Of a stretch of 64,000 nucleotides of DNA, positions 10,069 through 20,652 are shown piece by piece. A program made the position numbers and the translations under genes. The notes below the pieces were generated by a model. That model ran no database searches. It had not been told where the DNA came from and worked only from the letters and a program-made list of their open reading frames with translations. The stretch's first letter is position 1. The number at the start of each line of letters is the position of its first letter. This DNA is from a bacterium (lineage in GTDB: Bacteria; Electryoneota; Electryoneia; Electryoneales; Electryoneaceae), in NCBI GenBank assembly GCA_043801585.1, contig JAZDLX010000200.1, positions 18,621 through 82,620 of the forward strand. The letters are read 5' to 3'.

Positions 10069-12027
10069 CTATTCGCCTTCCAGAAGATGAAACAACGCAA
10101 GGTCCAGGTCGTGGGTCGGCTCGAAGGATTTACCGTCCACAATCACCGCTGCACGCGCTTTGCCGCCGTTCGATGGGTAGGTTTCCATAAGAGTCCAGGG
10201 GGTCTCCTGATCCGGATCGAACGCACGGAAAAGGGTTCCGCTGGGGGCCCGTTTCAGTAATTCGCGACGCATTTCGCCGATTCCATCGCCAGTCAACAGA
10301 TCAACCACAGGGGGTGTGGCGACAAACCTGCGCAGCGCCCGTCCATAAACCGCATCGCGCATGCGAAACGGTGGATGCATCTCTTCCAGCCCACCCACCA
10401 AAGCCTGTGCACGTTCGTGCCAGCTTGTTTCACGTGTGATCGTCGCAATCACTGCAACGGCATGCGACAGCCGGGCATTGGCATCGAACGGCGTATAGGG
10501 ATGCTTCAGAGCGCCGTATTCCTGCTCTCGCATCAAATGGTCAAAACAGCCCGGTCCCTGATCATCGCCAACGATTTCAAAGGTTTCCTCTGTCAATTGA
10601 ACCGCCCGAAGGAGGTCTTTGGCTCTTCCGGATATCCTGTATAATTCAAGAAATCCATGAATCACTTCAACTTGATCTGAAAGGTACAACGTATCGGCGT
10701 CATCGCCTCGAATCTCATGGAGCATGCCGCCCTTTTCCGCACGTCCCTGAATCCAGAGCAGGTCGGCGATTTCGAATGCCCGTTGCAGGCTGCGGGGTTT
10801 GTCAAGGAAGATAGCCGCGTTTGCAAGGGCTTTGATCGCCTGTCCCTGTACATGGGTAAAAAACCTGGATTCCACCGCAGGAATCTGCCGCGTCATGGAC
10901 GTGCGGTGGAGCGCTTCTATCCCCTCTTCGATGTGCTTTTGAACCTCCTCCTGCGTCATTTCAAGACGAAACGCGATCTGGTAGGGGGTAATGCGTTCCT
11001 CGAGGCTGAACCGTCCACCGGCACCCGGAATCGGGGTGCCAAAAGGCAGTCCAAAATAGGTGATCAGCACCATAGCGGTCGTTTCATTATCGACGGACTT
11101 CCGGATTTCCTTCTCCGTCCACCCGAAAAAGCTCCCGCGATCACCGGGTATACCGTCTGAATCGAGAACGGCATAGAAGAGGCCGGTCTCATCGCCGAGC
11201 ATTCCCTCCATGTCGCGAAGAATGCCGGAAGCCACTTTTCGCGCAGGCTCATCCTGGGTCTGACGGTAGGCTTCAAGGTACGCTTCAAGGAGCGCCATGT
11301 TTTCGGTTAAGATCTTGTCATATTGTGGGTTACGCCAGGATTCGTCCTCACAATAACGGTGGAATCCACCTGAAATTGGATCTCGCAAGGGGCTCTTGCG
11401 CATCGTTTCGAGGGTGACATAGGCCAACTTGCGGATGTCCAGGGATGAATCCTCGAGCAGGAAGAGCAGCAGGTCAGGCAGTGGGAATTTCGGATATCTC
11501 CCGAAACCGTGGTATTTCGTGTCGAACCACGCCATTGCATCGTGACGGATGCTGTCCAGCGTCGACGCAGCACTTGTGAAATCCAACCCCGATCGAAGCC
11601 GGGGGAGTTGCGGAGGTGGAGCTTTCTCAATCTCCGCGATGATCTCTTCACGATGATCCCTGTAATACTGATGCACCTGCTCCAGTGCCTGCCGTGTCAC
11701 GGTAAGGCTGAGGTCCGTTCGCCCGTGCAACAGTTCTCCTGTCGGAGTCAGAAAGCATAGCGCGGGCCATGCCCCCTGGTTGTACCGTTCGGCGACATCC
11801 GGAGTGTCCATCGCATCCACGCGCACAGGCAAATAGTGGTCATGAATCAGTTCAAGGACCTTGGGGTCCCTCAGCACGTTCAGTTCGAAGAGATGGACGG
11901 GGTGGCCCCAGGACGTCGTCAAGTAGAGCAGGATTGGTCTGTCCTGGTGTTGAGCTGTTTCAAATAAGGTCCGTCCCCATTCCAGCCAGGGGATGCGAGG
12001 GGATGTATCTCGACGTTTCGAAGACAT
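10069..12027 (-). CDS. YyaL/SSP411 (DUF255 thioredoxin-like + alpha-toroid) family protein, degenerate CxxC
   Basis: IPWLEWG, PVRVD...PDV, QGAWP..FLTP, GFGRYPKFP, DPISGGFHRY, YDKIL. Confidence 0.85.
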   Translation of the reverse strand: MSSKRRDTSPRIPWLEWGRTLFETAQHQDRPILLYLTTSWGHPVHLFELNVLRDPKVLELIHDHYLPVRVDAMDTPDVAERYNQGAWPALCFLTPTGELLHGRTDLSLTVTRQALEQVHQYYRDHREEIIAEIEKAPPPQLPRLRSGLDFTSAASTLDSIRHDAMAWFDTKYHGFGRYPKFPLPDLLLFLLEDSSLDIRKLAYVTLETMRKSPLRDPISGGFHRYCEDESWRNPQYDKILTENMALLEAYLEAYRQTQDEPARKVASGILRDMEGMLGDETGLFYAVLDSDGIPGDRGSFFGWTEKEIRKSVDNETTAMVLITYFGLPFGTPIPGAGGRFSLEERITPYQIAFRLEMTQEEVQKHIEEGIEALHRTSMTRQIPAVESRFFTHVQGQAIKALANAAIFLDKPRSLQRAFEIADLLWIQGRAEKGGMLHEIRGDDADTLYLSDQVEVIHGFLELYRISGRAKDLLRAVQLTEETFEIVGDDQGPGCFDHLMREQEYGALKHPYTPFDANARLSHAVAVIATITRETSWHERAQALVGGLEEMHPPFRMRDAVYGRALRRFVATPPVVDLLTGDGIGEMRRELLKRAPSGTLFRAFDPDQETPWTLMETYPSNGGKARAAVIVDGKSFEPTHDLDLALFHLLEGE

Positions 12028-12042
12028 GGATCTGATCTCGTT

Positions 12043-13296
12043 TTAAGAATCCTGAAGGATTGCAGCGGCGTAACTGACCATCTGATTCGCATCAGGGGAA
12101 ACGAATTGCTGGTAATCGACTACGACTCCTTTTGATCCTTCCAGCAGGCGGAGCACAAGATAGGTGGCATTCAGACCGCAGATGCGCCGTTTGTTGTCGT
12201 CTTTCATGATGCTGCGCCACCACCCGTCCGCATCAGCACTTTTCACCGCCTGCAGGGCTTCCAGGTCATAACGGGCGATGTCCGTGCGGATTCGATCGTT
12301 GACCTCGGAAGAATCGCCGAAATAGGGACCAGTATGGGCAAAATCGACACTTGCGACCCAAATGACGGATCCTTCATGCGACTCTTCGATCTCCTTGAGG
12401 GCGGCAATCACCTGTTCAACGTCCTGATCGTCGCGGGGGGTCCCGGACGCGGAGGGCGAAAGGATGCCTGCGACGAGGGGGAGAAGGGTGACCTTCCTGC
12501 CCTTCAGCAGGTGTTGCAACCAGACGATCTGAAGTTCCACCGAATGTTCGCTGCGGTGCGCCCATTCGTTGATAAATGGCTTCTCGCCCAAACGTTCACG
12601 TAACACTTGAAGTGCGTTAGTGTCGCTCTTCAGAGCACCAAAGGGGGTCTCAAAATCCTTTGATGCAGCAACTAACGGGTATCCAGCCCCCTGATGGGCA
12701 ACTCCAATGATTCCCAACAGGATTGGATCCCGTAAATCATCAATCAATGAAAGGATTTCTCGGTAACCACGCCCGTAGGTCATGCCACCACGGGCAAAAT
12801 CGATATGCGGAAGGATCAGGCCGCGCAACATCTTTCCTGGAGCGGAAAATTCCGCTTCGCGATCATCGTCAGGGGGAGACGCAAGAAGTCCGTCAAAAAA
12901 CGCTGCAAGCTCATCCGCATCGTCAGGGTACCCCGTACCGGCGAGAGCGGGAGGACGGGTTTTCAGCTTCCGGTAGTCCTCTTCCATTCGCATTCTCAAC
13001 TGATGGAATTGCGGGGTCTCCAGCATATGGGAATCTCGAAGCAACTGGATTACCGCCTCGAGTTCCTCGATGTTTACGGGAATGCCGGTTTTGTTTTCGA
13101 ATTCATTTGCGATTTCCGCCGCTGTCCTGGAACCGTCGATCAGGGATAGCAGGGGAGCAGCACCGAGGGCTACAGCGATCGCCTTGTCGGTGAAACCCTG
13201 TGGATCGCGCAGTATCAAATATTGCTGGCCGTTTTCCTCAAACGGGAACGTTTCCACTGGACGCAGGGCTGGAATGGGTTCAGCACTGACTGCCAT
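12043..13296 (-). CDS. amrB: MEMO1 family / AmmeMemoRadiSam system protein B with N-terminal extension
   Basis: RPPALAG, ILPHIDF, GVAH, FETPFG, HRSEHSVELQ, ASVDFAH, RICG; SD AGGGGAG upstream of ATG. Confidence 0.85.
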   Translation of the reverse strand: MAVSAEPIPALRPVETFPFEENGQQYLILRDPQGFTDKAIAVALGAAPLLSLIDGSRTAAEIANEFENKTGIPVNIEELEAVIQLLRDSHMLETPQFHQLRMRMEEDYRKLKTRPPALAGTGYPDDADELAAFFDGLLASPPDDDREAEFSAPGKMLRGLILPHIDFARGGMTYGRGYREILSLIDDLRDPILLGIIGVAHQGAGYPLVAASKDFETPFGALKSDTNALQVLRERLGEKPFINEWAHRSEHSVELQIVWLQHLLKGRKVTLLPLVAGILSPSASGTPRDDQDVEQVIAALKEIEESHEGSVIWVASVDFAHTGPYFGDSSEVNDRIRTDIARYDLEALQAVKSADADGWWRSIMKDDNKRRICGLNATYLVLRLLEGSKGVVVDYQQFVSPDANQMVSYAAAILQDS

Positions 13297-13404
13297 GTAC
13301 GGTCTCCCCTGAAATGGACTCGCTGTCCAATATGCAGCCACAAGATCACTGGCGACGACGCCAATATGACCACCGGCGATTACTCTGGCAACAGGCACCC
13401 TGAG

Positions 13405-13429
13405 AAAACGGCACCCGACCGGGTGCCGT
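13405..13429 (-). terminator. Rho-independent terminator downstream of argF
   Basis: Stem ACGGCACCCG/CGGGTGCCGT followed by TTTT on the minus strand. Confidence 0.65.
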
Positions 13430-13457
13430 CCATAGGGTCTTGTGCTTCCGAATCAGA

Positions 13458-14366
13458 TCATCCGCAGAGGGTGACCAGGATGGCTTTTTGGGCGTGGAGA
13501 CGGTTTTCCGCTTCGTCAAAGACCACGCTCTGGGGTCCATCGATCACCTCGTCCGTGATTTCCCGTCCCCGTTCGGCGGGCAGGCAGTGCAAAACAATTG
13601 CGCTTTCCTTCGCCTTGCTCATCAAGGTGCTGTTGATCTGGAAATTTTTCAACAGTTCTGCGCGAGCGCCGGCTTTTTCCTTCTCACCCATGGAAGCCCA
13701 GACGTCCGTGTAAACCACATCAGCATCGGCAACCGCATCGAAGGGATCATTGAGCACCTCCACTTTCGCCCCTTCGGACTTGGCGATATCCACCAGTTCA
13801 CCGGGGTGCGTCTCTTTCACGGTACCGATGCGCAAGGTGAAATCGAGACGGCGGGCGGCATTGATCCAGCTTCGTGCCACGTTGTTCCCGTCCCCAAGGT
13901 AAGTGATCACCTTGCCCTGATAGGTCCCGAGATGCTCCTGAATCGTCATCAAGTCGGCCAACACCTGGCAGGGATGGGTGAAATCGGTCAATGCGTTGAT
14001 CACCGGAACCGTAGAGTATTCCGCGAGTTCTTCGATGTTTTTATGGCTGAAGGTGCGGATAACGATGCCGTCCACATAACGACTGAGGACTCTTGCCACA
14101 TCGGGGATCGATTCCCGAACCCCCAGTTCGATTTCCTTGTCCGTGATGTACATCGCGGTGCCGCCCAACTGCGCAATGCCGACTTCAAAACTGACACGCG
14201 TTCTGAGGCTGGCCTTGTGGAAAATAGTGGCGAAGCACTTGCCTGCCAGGGGAGTCGGACACTGACCCTGCTTGGTGAGTCCCTTCAACTCCACGGCGAG
14301 GTCAAACGTCTTTTTCAACTCCTCAGTGGTAAAATCCGTAATCTGAAGGAAATCCCGCTTAGCCAT
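13458..14366 (-). CDS. argF: Ornithine carbamoyltransferase
   Basis: SLRTR carbamoyl-phosphate motif, HPCQ, GDGNNV, TDVWASMG, HCLP, AENRLH. Confidence 0.95.
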   Translation of the reverse strand: MAKRDFLQITDFTTEELKKTFDLAVELKGLTKQGQCPTPLAGKCFATIFHKASLRTRVSFEVGIAQLGGTAMYITDKEIELGVRESIPDVARVLSRYVDGIVIRTFSHKNIEELAEYSTVPVINALTDFTHPCQVLADLMTIQEHLGTYQGKVITYLGDGNNVARSWINAARRLDFTLRIGTVKETHPGELVDIAKSEGAKVEVLNDPFDAVADADVVYTDVWASMGEKEKAGARAELLKNFQINSTLMSKAKESAIVLHCLPAERGREITDEVIDGPQSVVFDEAENRLHAQKAILVTLCG

Positions 14367-14664
14367 CGCAGCCGCCTCCTCTTTCTGCCGTTTCCGGTGA
14401 CATCAAAGCCTGCGTAAGGTAGCCGAACGGGAAAGGGGGAGCAAGATGCCTCGCGGGCATCTGCCCCGGGAAATGGGTGACGGATGCCGTTTTCTGAAGA
14501 GAAACTCGCAAAAGATGAGAAAAACCGTCATATCGTGCATTCCTAACCTCTCAAGAACGGTAGGGGGGACTCGCACCGCACATTTATCCGTTGCATTTTG
14601 CGTATTTTAACCGCTTGATTGTGAAGGTGAACAGCGATACACTCCCCGGACAAAGGTTTGCCTT

Positions 14665-15696
14665 ATGCATGAAAAGCTCGTCGAATTGCATCAAATCCGA
14701 GAAAAGTTCGATCAGGATGCTTCCGCTGTAACCGGTACGGACCAAGCGGAGGAACTGCGGGTACGTTACCTCGGCCGGAAAGGGATCATCTCGGGACTTT
14801 TCAAGAATATTTCGACACTCCCAGACGATCTTCGCGGACAATACGGCAAAGAACTTAACGAATTGAAAATCGCCGCCACCGAAAAGATTGAATCCCTGCT
14901 CATCTCCGGAAAAGGCACGTCGGCTGAGAGCGATTTCGACCCCACCTTGCCCGCCAGAACAATGTTCGAGGGGTCGCTGCACCCGATGACATTGATCGAA
15001 CGGGAAGCGAAGCGGATTTTTCAACGGATGGGCTTTTCCATCGAACGCGGCCCGGAGATCGAAGACACCTGGCACAATTTTGACGCCTTGAACACACCTG
15101 AGTGGCATCCTTCGCGGGATACTTCCGACAGCCTTTACCTGGCCAACAAAAGCGGATACCTGCTGCGAACCGAAACCAGCCCGATCCAGATTCGAGTGTT
15201 GGAAAAACGGAAACCGCCGATTCGGATCGTCGGGCCGGGAAGGGTTTTCCGCAACGACAAGCCCGACGCAACCCACCATCCCTCATTTACCCAGATGGAA
15301 GGGTTGTACGTGGACCGTGGCGTCACCTTCGCGGACCTGAAAGGTACGGTACTCGAGTTTTATCGCCAGATGTTCGGGAGCAATGTTCGTACGCGTTTCC
15401 GGCCGCACTTTTTCCCGTTCACGGAACCTTCTGCGGAAGTTGATGTCAGTTGCCCCTTTTGCGGTGGCGACGGCTGCCGCATCTGCAAACAATCCGGCTG
15501 GATCGAAATGGGCGGTTCGGGGATGGTGGACCCGAACGTGCTCGAGACCGTTGGTATCGATTCTGAGGAATTCACCGGCTGGGCATTCGGCCTGGGAATC
15601 GAACGGTTGGCGATGCTTCTCTACGACGTCGAGGACATTCGACTTTTCTACGAAAACGATGTGCGGTTCCTCTCGCAGTTCGGAGGCAGGCGATGA
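14665..15696 (+). CDS. pheS: Phenylalanine-tRNA ligase alpha subunit
   Basis: NFDALN..HPSR, LLRTETS, PGRVFRND, FPFTEPS, AFGLGIERL. Confidence 0.98.
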   Translation: MHEKLVELHQIREKFDQDASAVTGTDQAEELRVRYLGRKGIISGLFKNISTLPDDLRGQYGKELNELKIAATEKIESLLISGKGTSAESDFDPTLPARTMFEGSLHPMTLIEREAKRIFQRMGFSIERGPEIEDTWHNFDALNTPEWHPSRDTSDSLYLANKSGYLLRTETSPIQIRVLEKRKPPIRIVGPGRVFRNDKPDATHHPSFTQMEGLYVDRGVTFADLKGTVLEFYRQMFGSNVRTRFRPHFFPFTEPSAEVDVSCPFCGGDGCRICKQSGWIEMGGSGMVDPNVLETVGIDSEEFTGWAFGLGIERLAMLLYDVEDIRLFYENDVRFLSQFGGRR

Positions 15697-18101
15697 AGGT
15701 CTCGGTCAACTGGTTGCGGACATTCGTCGATTTCGATGAAACCCCGGAGCAGATTGCGGAACGAGTCACCTTTGGCGCCTTTGAACTGGAAGACCTGGAG
15801 AAGGTTCAGCGTCATCTTCGCGGGCTCATTGTCGGCAAAATTCTCGAATCGAAAAAGCACCCCGATGCGGACAAACTCTCCGTTACAAAAGTCGATATCG
15901 GCGGCGAAATCCTGACGATCGTCTGCGGTGCACCGAACTGCCGGGAAGGTTTGCTCGTAGCGGTTGCAAAACCGGGAGTGAAACTCGGCGACCTCACCGT
16001 GGAGACCCGCACACTGCGTGGTGTCACCTCACAGGGAATGATCCTCTCCGAGCGGGAGATGGGGCTGACGGACGATCATAGCGGGATCCTGGTCTTCGAC
16101 GATTCCATGACCGCAGGGCAAAAGCTCGACGACCTTGTGGAGGACGAAGATACGATCCTCGATTTCGAGATCACGGTCAACCGGCCGGACGCCCTTTCCC
16201 ATCTGGGCCTGGCCCGTGAAATTGCCGCCTACCTTGGGAAACCGTTGCGCATTCCCGCTTTCAATGTCAAGGAAGAGGGTGACCCGGTGTCGAAACGGGT
16301 CAATGTGGAAATCGCCGACCCCGCGCAAGGTCCACGGTATGTCGCTCGTGTCGTCGAAGGTGCAACGGTCAAACCATCCCCGCTGTGGATGCGTGCGCTG
16401 CTCCATTCGCTCGGACAGCGGCCGATCAACAACATCGTCGATATTACGAACTATGTCCTCTTCGAGCTGGGGCACCCCCTTCACGCCTTCGACTGCCATC
16501 TCGTTAAGGACGGTCACATCATCGTCCGTTTGGCGAAAGAGGGCGAAAAGCTTGTCACGCTCGACGACCGCGAGCACACCCTGACCTCCGATGATCTGCT
16601 GATTGCCGATCCGGAGCGTGGGGTCGGGCTGGCGGGCGTCATGGGGGGTGCAAACAGCGAAGTGGGCGAGGAGACGAAAGACATTCTGATCGAAGCCGCC
16701 TATTTCGACCCACCGACGATTCGTCGCACCGCCAAACGTCACGGCTTTTCGACAGAAGCCTCCCGCCGTTTTGAGCGGGGAGCGGACCCTTCGATGCCGC
16801 CGAACGCCGCTGCACGGTGCGCGGAACTGATGCGCAAGTACGCTGATGGAAAGGTACTTAAGGGTGCAGTTGACGCCTATCCGAAGCCGATTGGTCCGCG
16901 TAAGATTGCAGTTCGTCCCAGCCGTGCCAGCCTTCTTCTCGGAATGGAGATCGGAGTTGACCTGGCGAAAAAATCACTCGAGTCGCTGACTCTGCCAGCG
17001 AAAAAAACGGGGGACGATGTACTGACGGTTACCGTGCCTACTTACCGCATGGACCTCGAGCGGGAGGTTGACCTGATCGAGGAGATCGCACGAATCGTCG
17101 GGTATAACGAGGTGCCCACCGCCGAAACGTCGCGCGTTGTTCTGCAGACTCGTCAGGATCCCCGTGAAGAACTTTATGACACGGCCATCGACCTGATGAT
17201 CGGAATGGGTTTCAGGGAGATCGTACTCCCCGGAATGACATCGGGGAAGGACCAGGAAGAGTTCCAGGGCGGGCTTTCTCCTTACATCATCGACCGTCCA
17301 ATCAGCCCTGATATGGGTGTCTACCGCGCGTCGTTGCTCCCTGGCATTTTGCGAACGATTGAGCGAAATCTGAACGTAGGCTTTGAAGATCTGCGCCTTG
17401 TTGAAACGGGACAGGTGGGGGGAAAGGGCTGGTTCGGAATTGAAGGCGGACAACGCCGTCATCTCGCTTTCGCCATCACAGGCCACGCCTGGCCACCTTC
17501 ATATGATGGTTCCGGTAAAGCAGTCGATCTCCCCTTTATCAAAGGGGTTATCGCTTTGCTTTCTCGAGGATTATCGCTTGACAAGTTCCCGGATTTTTCC
17601 TATGATACTCCTGGCAGCATCCAGCAAGGAATTGTCCTGAAAGGGAAGGATGGCAAGAACGTTCTGATTGCGGGCCTGCTGGTCAACGAGGTTGCCAAAT
17701 CGTTCGGAATCGAAGTTCCTGTTTATGTATGCGAAGTCGATCTCGATCGCTGGGCGTCGGCAACATCGGACATGTTGAAACGGCCGGGTAGTACCGAGGG
17801 ATATCGAGCCTTCTCACGATTCCCGGCAAACACACGAGATGTAGCGTTCATCGCTGTTACGTCCGTTCGTTTCGAGACGTTGCTGGCGGCAATCGGCAAA
17901 GCCGGCGGTGATCTGCTTGAAGATGTATCACTATTCGATTTGTACGAGGGCAAGCCGCTTGAAAAGGATCAACGCAGCCTCGCGTTTCGACTCATTTTCC
18001 GTGCCGGGGACCACACACTTTCCGACGAGGAGGTGGATCCTGTCATCCGCGAGGTCATCCAAGCGGCCGAACATCTCGGCGGAGTTCGTCTGCGGTCGTA
18101 G
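15693..18101 (+). CDS. pheT: Phenylalanine-tRNA ligase beta subunit
   Basis: HPDADKL, IVCGAPN, NRPD, INNIVDITNY, RFERG, DLIEEIAR, C-terminal FDX-ACB domain. Confidence 0.98.
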   Translation: MKVSVNWLRTFVDFDETPEQIAERVTFGAFELEDLEKVQRHLRGLIVGKILESKKHPDADKLSVTKVDIGGEILTIVCGAPNCREGLLVAVAKPGVKLGDLTVETRTLRGVTSQGMILSEREMGLTDDHSGILVFDDSMTAGQKLDDLVEDEDTILDFEITVNRPDALSHLGLAREIAAYLGKPLRIPAFNVKEEGDPVSKRVNVEIADPAQGPRYVARVVEGATVKPSPLWMRALLHSLGQRPINNIVDITNYVLFELGHPLHAFDCHLVKDGHIIVRLAKEGEKLVTLDDREHTLTSDDLLIADPERGVGLAGVMGGANSEVGEETKDILIEAAYFDPPTIRRTAKRHGFSTEASRRFERGADPSMPPNAAARCAELMRKYADGKVLKGAVDAYPKPIGPRKIAVRPSRASLLLGMEIGVDLAKKSLESLTLPAKKTGDDVLTVTVPTYRMDLEREVDLIEEIARIVGYNEVPTAETSRVVLQTRQDPREELYDTAIDLMIGMGFREIVLPGMTSGKDQEEFQGGLSPYIIDRPISPDMGVYRASLLPGILRTIERNLNVGFEDLRLVETGQVGGKGWFGIEGGQRRHLAFAITGHAWPPSYDGSGKAVDLPFIKGVIALLSRGLSLDKFPDFSYDTPGSIQQGIVLKGKDGKNVLIAGLLVNEVAKSFGIEVPVYVCEVDLDRWASATSDMLKRPGSTEGYRAFSRFPANTRDVAFIAVTSVRFETLLAAIGKAGGDLLEDVSLFDLYEGKPLEKDQRSLAFRLIFRAGDHTLSDEEVDPVIREVIQAAEHLGGVRLRS

Positions 18102-18128
18102 AGTCCGCCTAACGCACCGGGAGTACCT

Positions 18129-18410
18129 GTGAATCCGATTGATGCATCGGTGCAAGCGGCGGTAAATCTTGATTCGATTGACCGTAAGATCCACTTGGTT
18201 ATCGAAAAAGTGGAACGGCTTGCCAAGGAAAACGAGGAGTTGAAATCTCAGCTGATGTTCACCGAACAGGAGAAGAATACCCTCGCTCGCAAAGTCGAGC
18301 AGGTTGTTAAAGATCTTGAATCATCCCGAGGCAAAACGCGGGATCTTGAGAAAGAAGAAGCGATCCGTAAGAGAGTTCACAGTCTGCTGAAGAAGTTGGA
18401 GCAGTTGTGA
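18129..18410 (+). CDS. Coiled-coil protein, ZapB-like
   Basis: 93-aa heptad-rich ORF between pheT and zapA. Confidence 0.65.
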   Translation: MNPIDASVQAAVNLDSIDRKIHLVIEKVERLAKENEELKSQLMFTEQEKNTLARKVEQVVKDLESSRGKTRDLEKEEAIRKRVHSLLKKLEQL

Positions 18411-18455
18411 ATGTGAACAGGGATCTGTCCGCCACGGAAAGCGAGCGCTATACCC

Positions 18456-18752
18456 ATGGACGATAGCGGCAGGGTCGTTAAGGTTTCCATATTTGGACAC
18501 AGCTATCCGATTCGCGCAAAGGTCGAAGACGAGGAATACATCCGAGCCATCGCCAAATATGTAGATGAAAAAATGCGTGAAATCGATGAAGCGATGAAGC
18601 CGAACTCCACGATGAAAGTGGCGATCCTGACTGCATTGAACGTTGCTGATGAGTTGATGACGATGCGTAGAGAACGTGAAGACGTCATCTTGACCTATCA
18701 GGAGAAAGTACAGGCAGTTTCTGATGCGCTCGATCTGGTGTTGAAACGTTGA
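18456..18752 (+). CDS. zapA: Cell division protein ZapA
   Basis: VKVSIFGHSY...IAKYVDEKM...AILTALNVADEL. Confidence 0.92.
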   Translation: MDDSGRVVKVSIFGHSYPIRAKVEDEEYIRAIAKYVDEKMREIDEAMKPNSTMKVAILTALNVADELMTMRREREDVILTYQEKVQAVSDALDLVLKR

Positions 18753-18790
18753 CGGCAACACCGGCATCTGCCGGTTGAACCGAACATAGA

Positions 18791-18966
18791 TCCCTGCACA
18801 TAGGCTCACGGCCTAGATTGAGAACCAACACTCAATCGAAGGGCGTTCGGCTTCGGTCGCGAAAATCAGACCTCCCCGCTTGCGGGTTGAGGAAGGTTGA
18901 CGCGATTGGGAGGACGCCCACTGTGGAATAGTAGGTTCCCAATCCTACTCCGTGAGCGTGCAGGGT
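18791..18966 (+). ncRNA. ssrS: 6S RNA
   Basis: About 176 nt; closing stem CCCTGCAC/GTGCAGGG, then GCTCACGG/CCGTGAGC, inner GGGCGT/ACGCCC, central bubble; canonical position downstream of zapA. Confidence 0.85.
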
Positions 18967-19022
18967 TTTTTATTTGGTTTCCACGCGCGGCCATCGCCGT
19001 GCCTAGGGGGGATAAAAAGGAG

Positions 19023-20579
19023 ATGGAGATGATCATCGTCGCCGCACTGGCAGGATTGGTGATCGGCGCGGGTGCAGCTTTGCTGATCAAGAACTTTTTA
19101 CTGCACCAACGCATTGAGACATCGAAACTGGAGGCAAACCGGATCCTTGCAGACGCCCGCAAGGAAGCCGAAAACCTCAAACGGGAAAAAAGCCTTGAAG
19201 CACGCGATGAAGCGATCGCGCACAAACAGCAGAAGGACAAGGAAATTGATCGTCGTTTTGATGAGCTTCGCAGATTTGAAAACCAGCTCAGGGACCAGGA
19301 AGTTAATATTGACAAGAAATTGGACCGGGCTCGCCAGCAGGAACGCGAACTGCGCGAGCTCGAGAAGAACCTGAAACACCAGACCGAATCCATTGCCGGT
19401 AAAGAGGAAAAACTCGATCGACTGGTCAAGCAAAACCAGGAGCTGCTCGAACGAACCGCCGGGATGAGTGCTGAGGAAGCCCTTGAACAATTGAAGAACA
19501 GTCTCGTCGACAAGGCTCGGGCACAGACCGCAACGATGCTCAAGGAGATGCGTGACAACGCGCGCCTGGAAGCCAACCGCGAGGCAAAAGAGTTGATCAT
19601 CCAGGCAATTCAGCGCAGCGCCGCGGACCACACCGCCGAGAACACCGTTTCTGTGGTCAATCTGCCCAACGACGATGTGAAAGGAAGAATCATCGGCAGG
19701 GAGGGCCGCAATATCCGCGCACTCGAACAGGCGACTGGAGTCGACTTCATCGTTGACGACACTCCCGAGGCGGTGATCCTTTCCAGTTTCGATCCCTACC
19801 GGCGCGAAGCCGCCCGGATTGCACTCGAGAAACTCGTGATGGACGGCCGAATCCACCCGGGACGAATCGAGGAGGTTGTTGAGAAGGCGAAGAAGGAACT
19901 CGACGAACGAGTCCTGGAACTCGGCCGCAACGCCCTTATCGAAGCGAAGGTGCACGGCGTTCATCCGGAACTGAGCCGCTACCTGGGACGTTTGCATTAC
20001 CGGACTTCCTACGGGCAGAACGTGCTGAAGCACGCCATCGAGGTTTCCCACATCACCGGCCTGCTTGCCATCGAACTTGGCCTGGACGCCAAACTCGCCC
20101 GTCGTGCCGGCCTGCTGCACGACATCGGCAAGGCAATCGATCGTGAGGCGGAAGGGACGCACGTTCAGCTCGGCATGGACCTCGCGCAGAAGTACAATGA
20201 ACCTCCTGTGGTGATCAACGCCATCGGTTCCCATCATGAGGACGTGCCTGCGGACAACCCCATCAGCGTGCTTGTCGCGGCGGCGGATGCGATCAGCGGC
20301 TCACGCCCCGGCGCACGGCGCGAAACGCTCGAATCCTACATTCAGCGTTTGCACAGCCTGGAAGAGATCGCCGAGAAGTTCGAAGGAGTGAACAAGGTGT
20401 TCGCCATCCAGGCGGGTCGTGAAGTGCGGGTGATTGTCGAGAATGAAAAGATCAACGACGATCTCGCCGATGCCCTCGCGCATGACATCGCTGAAAAAAT
20501 CGAGCAGGAACTCGAGTATCCCGGGCAAATCAAGGTGACCGTGATCCGGGAGTACCGCTCGGTGGAATATGCGAAGTGA
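19023..20579 (+). CDS. rny: Ribonuclease Y
   Basis: N-terminal TM, coiled coil, KH motif [15 protein letters not shown] motif [28 protein letters not shown]. Confidence 0.97.
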   Translation: MEMIIVAALAGLVIGAGAALLIKNFLLHQRIETSKLEANRILADARKEAENLKREKSLEARDEAIAHKQQKDKEIDRRFDELRRFENQLRDQEVNIDKKLDRARQQERELRELEKNLKHQTESIAGKEEKLDRLVKQNQELLERTAGMSAEEALEQLKNSLVDKARAQTATMLKEMRDNARLEANREAKELIIQAIQRSAADHTAENTVSVVNLPNDDVKGRIIGREGRNIRALEQATGVDFIVDDTPEAVILSSFDPYRREAARIALEKLVMDGRIHPGRIEEVVEKAKKELDERVLELGRNALIEAKVHGVHPELSRYLGRLHYRTSYGQNVLKHAIEVSHITGLLAIELGLDAKLARRAGLLHDIGKAIDREAEGTHVQLGMDLAQKYNEPPVVINAIGSHHEDVPADNPISVLVAAADAISGSRPGARRETLESYIQRLHSLEEIAEKFEGVNKVFAIQAGREVRVIVENEKINDDLADALAHDIAEKIEQELEYPGQIKVTVIREYRSVEYAK

Positions 20580-20604
20580 TCTTACGCAGGGAGTAGAAAG
20601 TATC

Positions 20605-20637
20605 AGCCCCGGTGGTCTGCCACCGGGGCTTTGTGTT
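20605..20637 (+). terminator. Rho-independent terminator of rny
   Basis: 11-bp stem AGCCCCGGTGG/CCACCGGGGCT followed by TTGTGTT. Confidence 0.75.
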
Positions 20638-20652
20638 GTGATGCTCGGTTTA

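Noticed and set aside
14367..14664. pheS leader peptide or T-box attenuator
   Set aside because: The short ORF at about 14484 has only one Phe, and I saw no T-box sequence or terminator before pheS
19098..20237. Long antisense ORFs (also 13440..14417, 21368..22360, 24915..25919, 43046..44053, 61544..62623)
   Set aside because: Shadows of well-supported genes on the opposite strand in GC-rich DNA, with no motifs of their own
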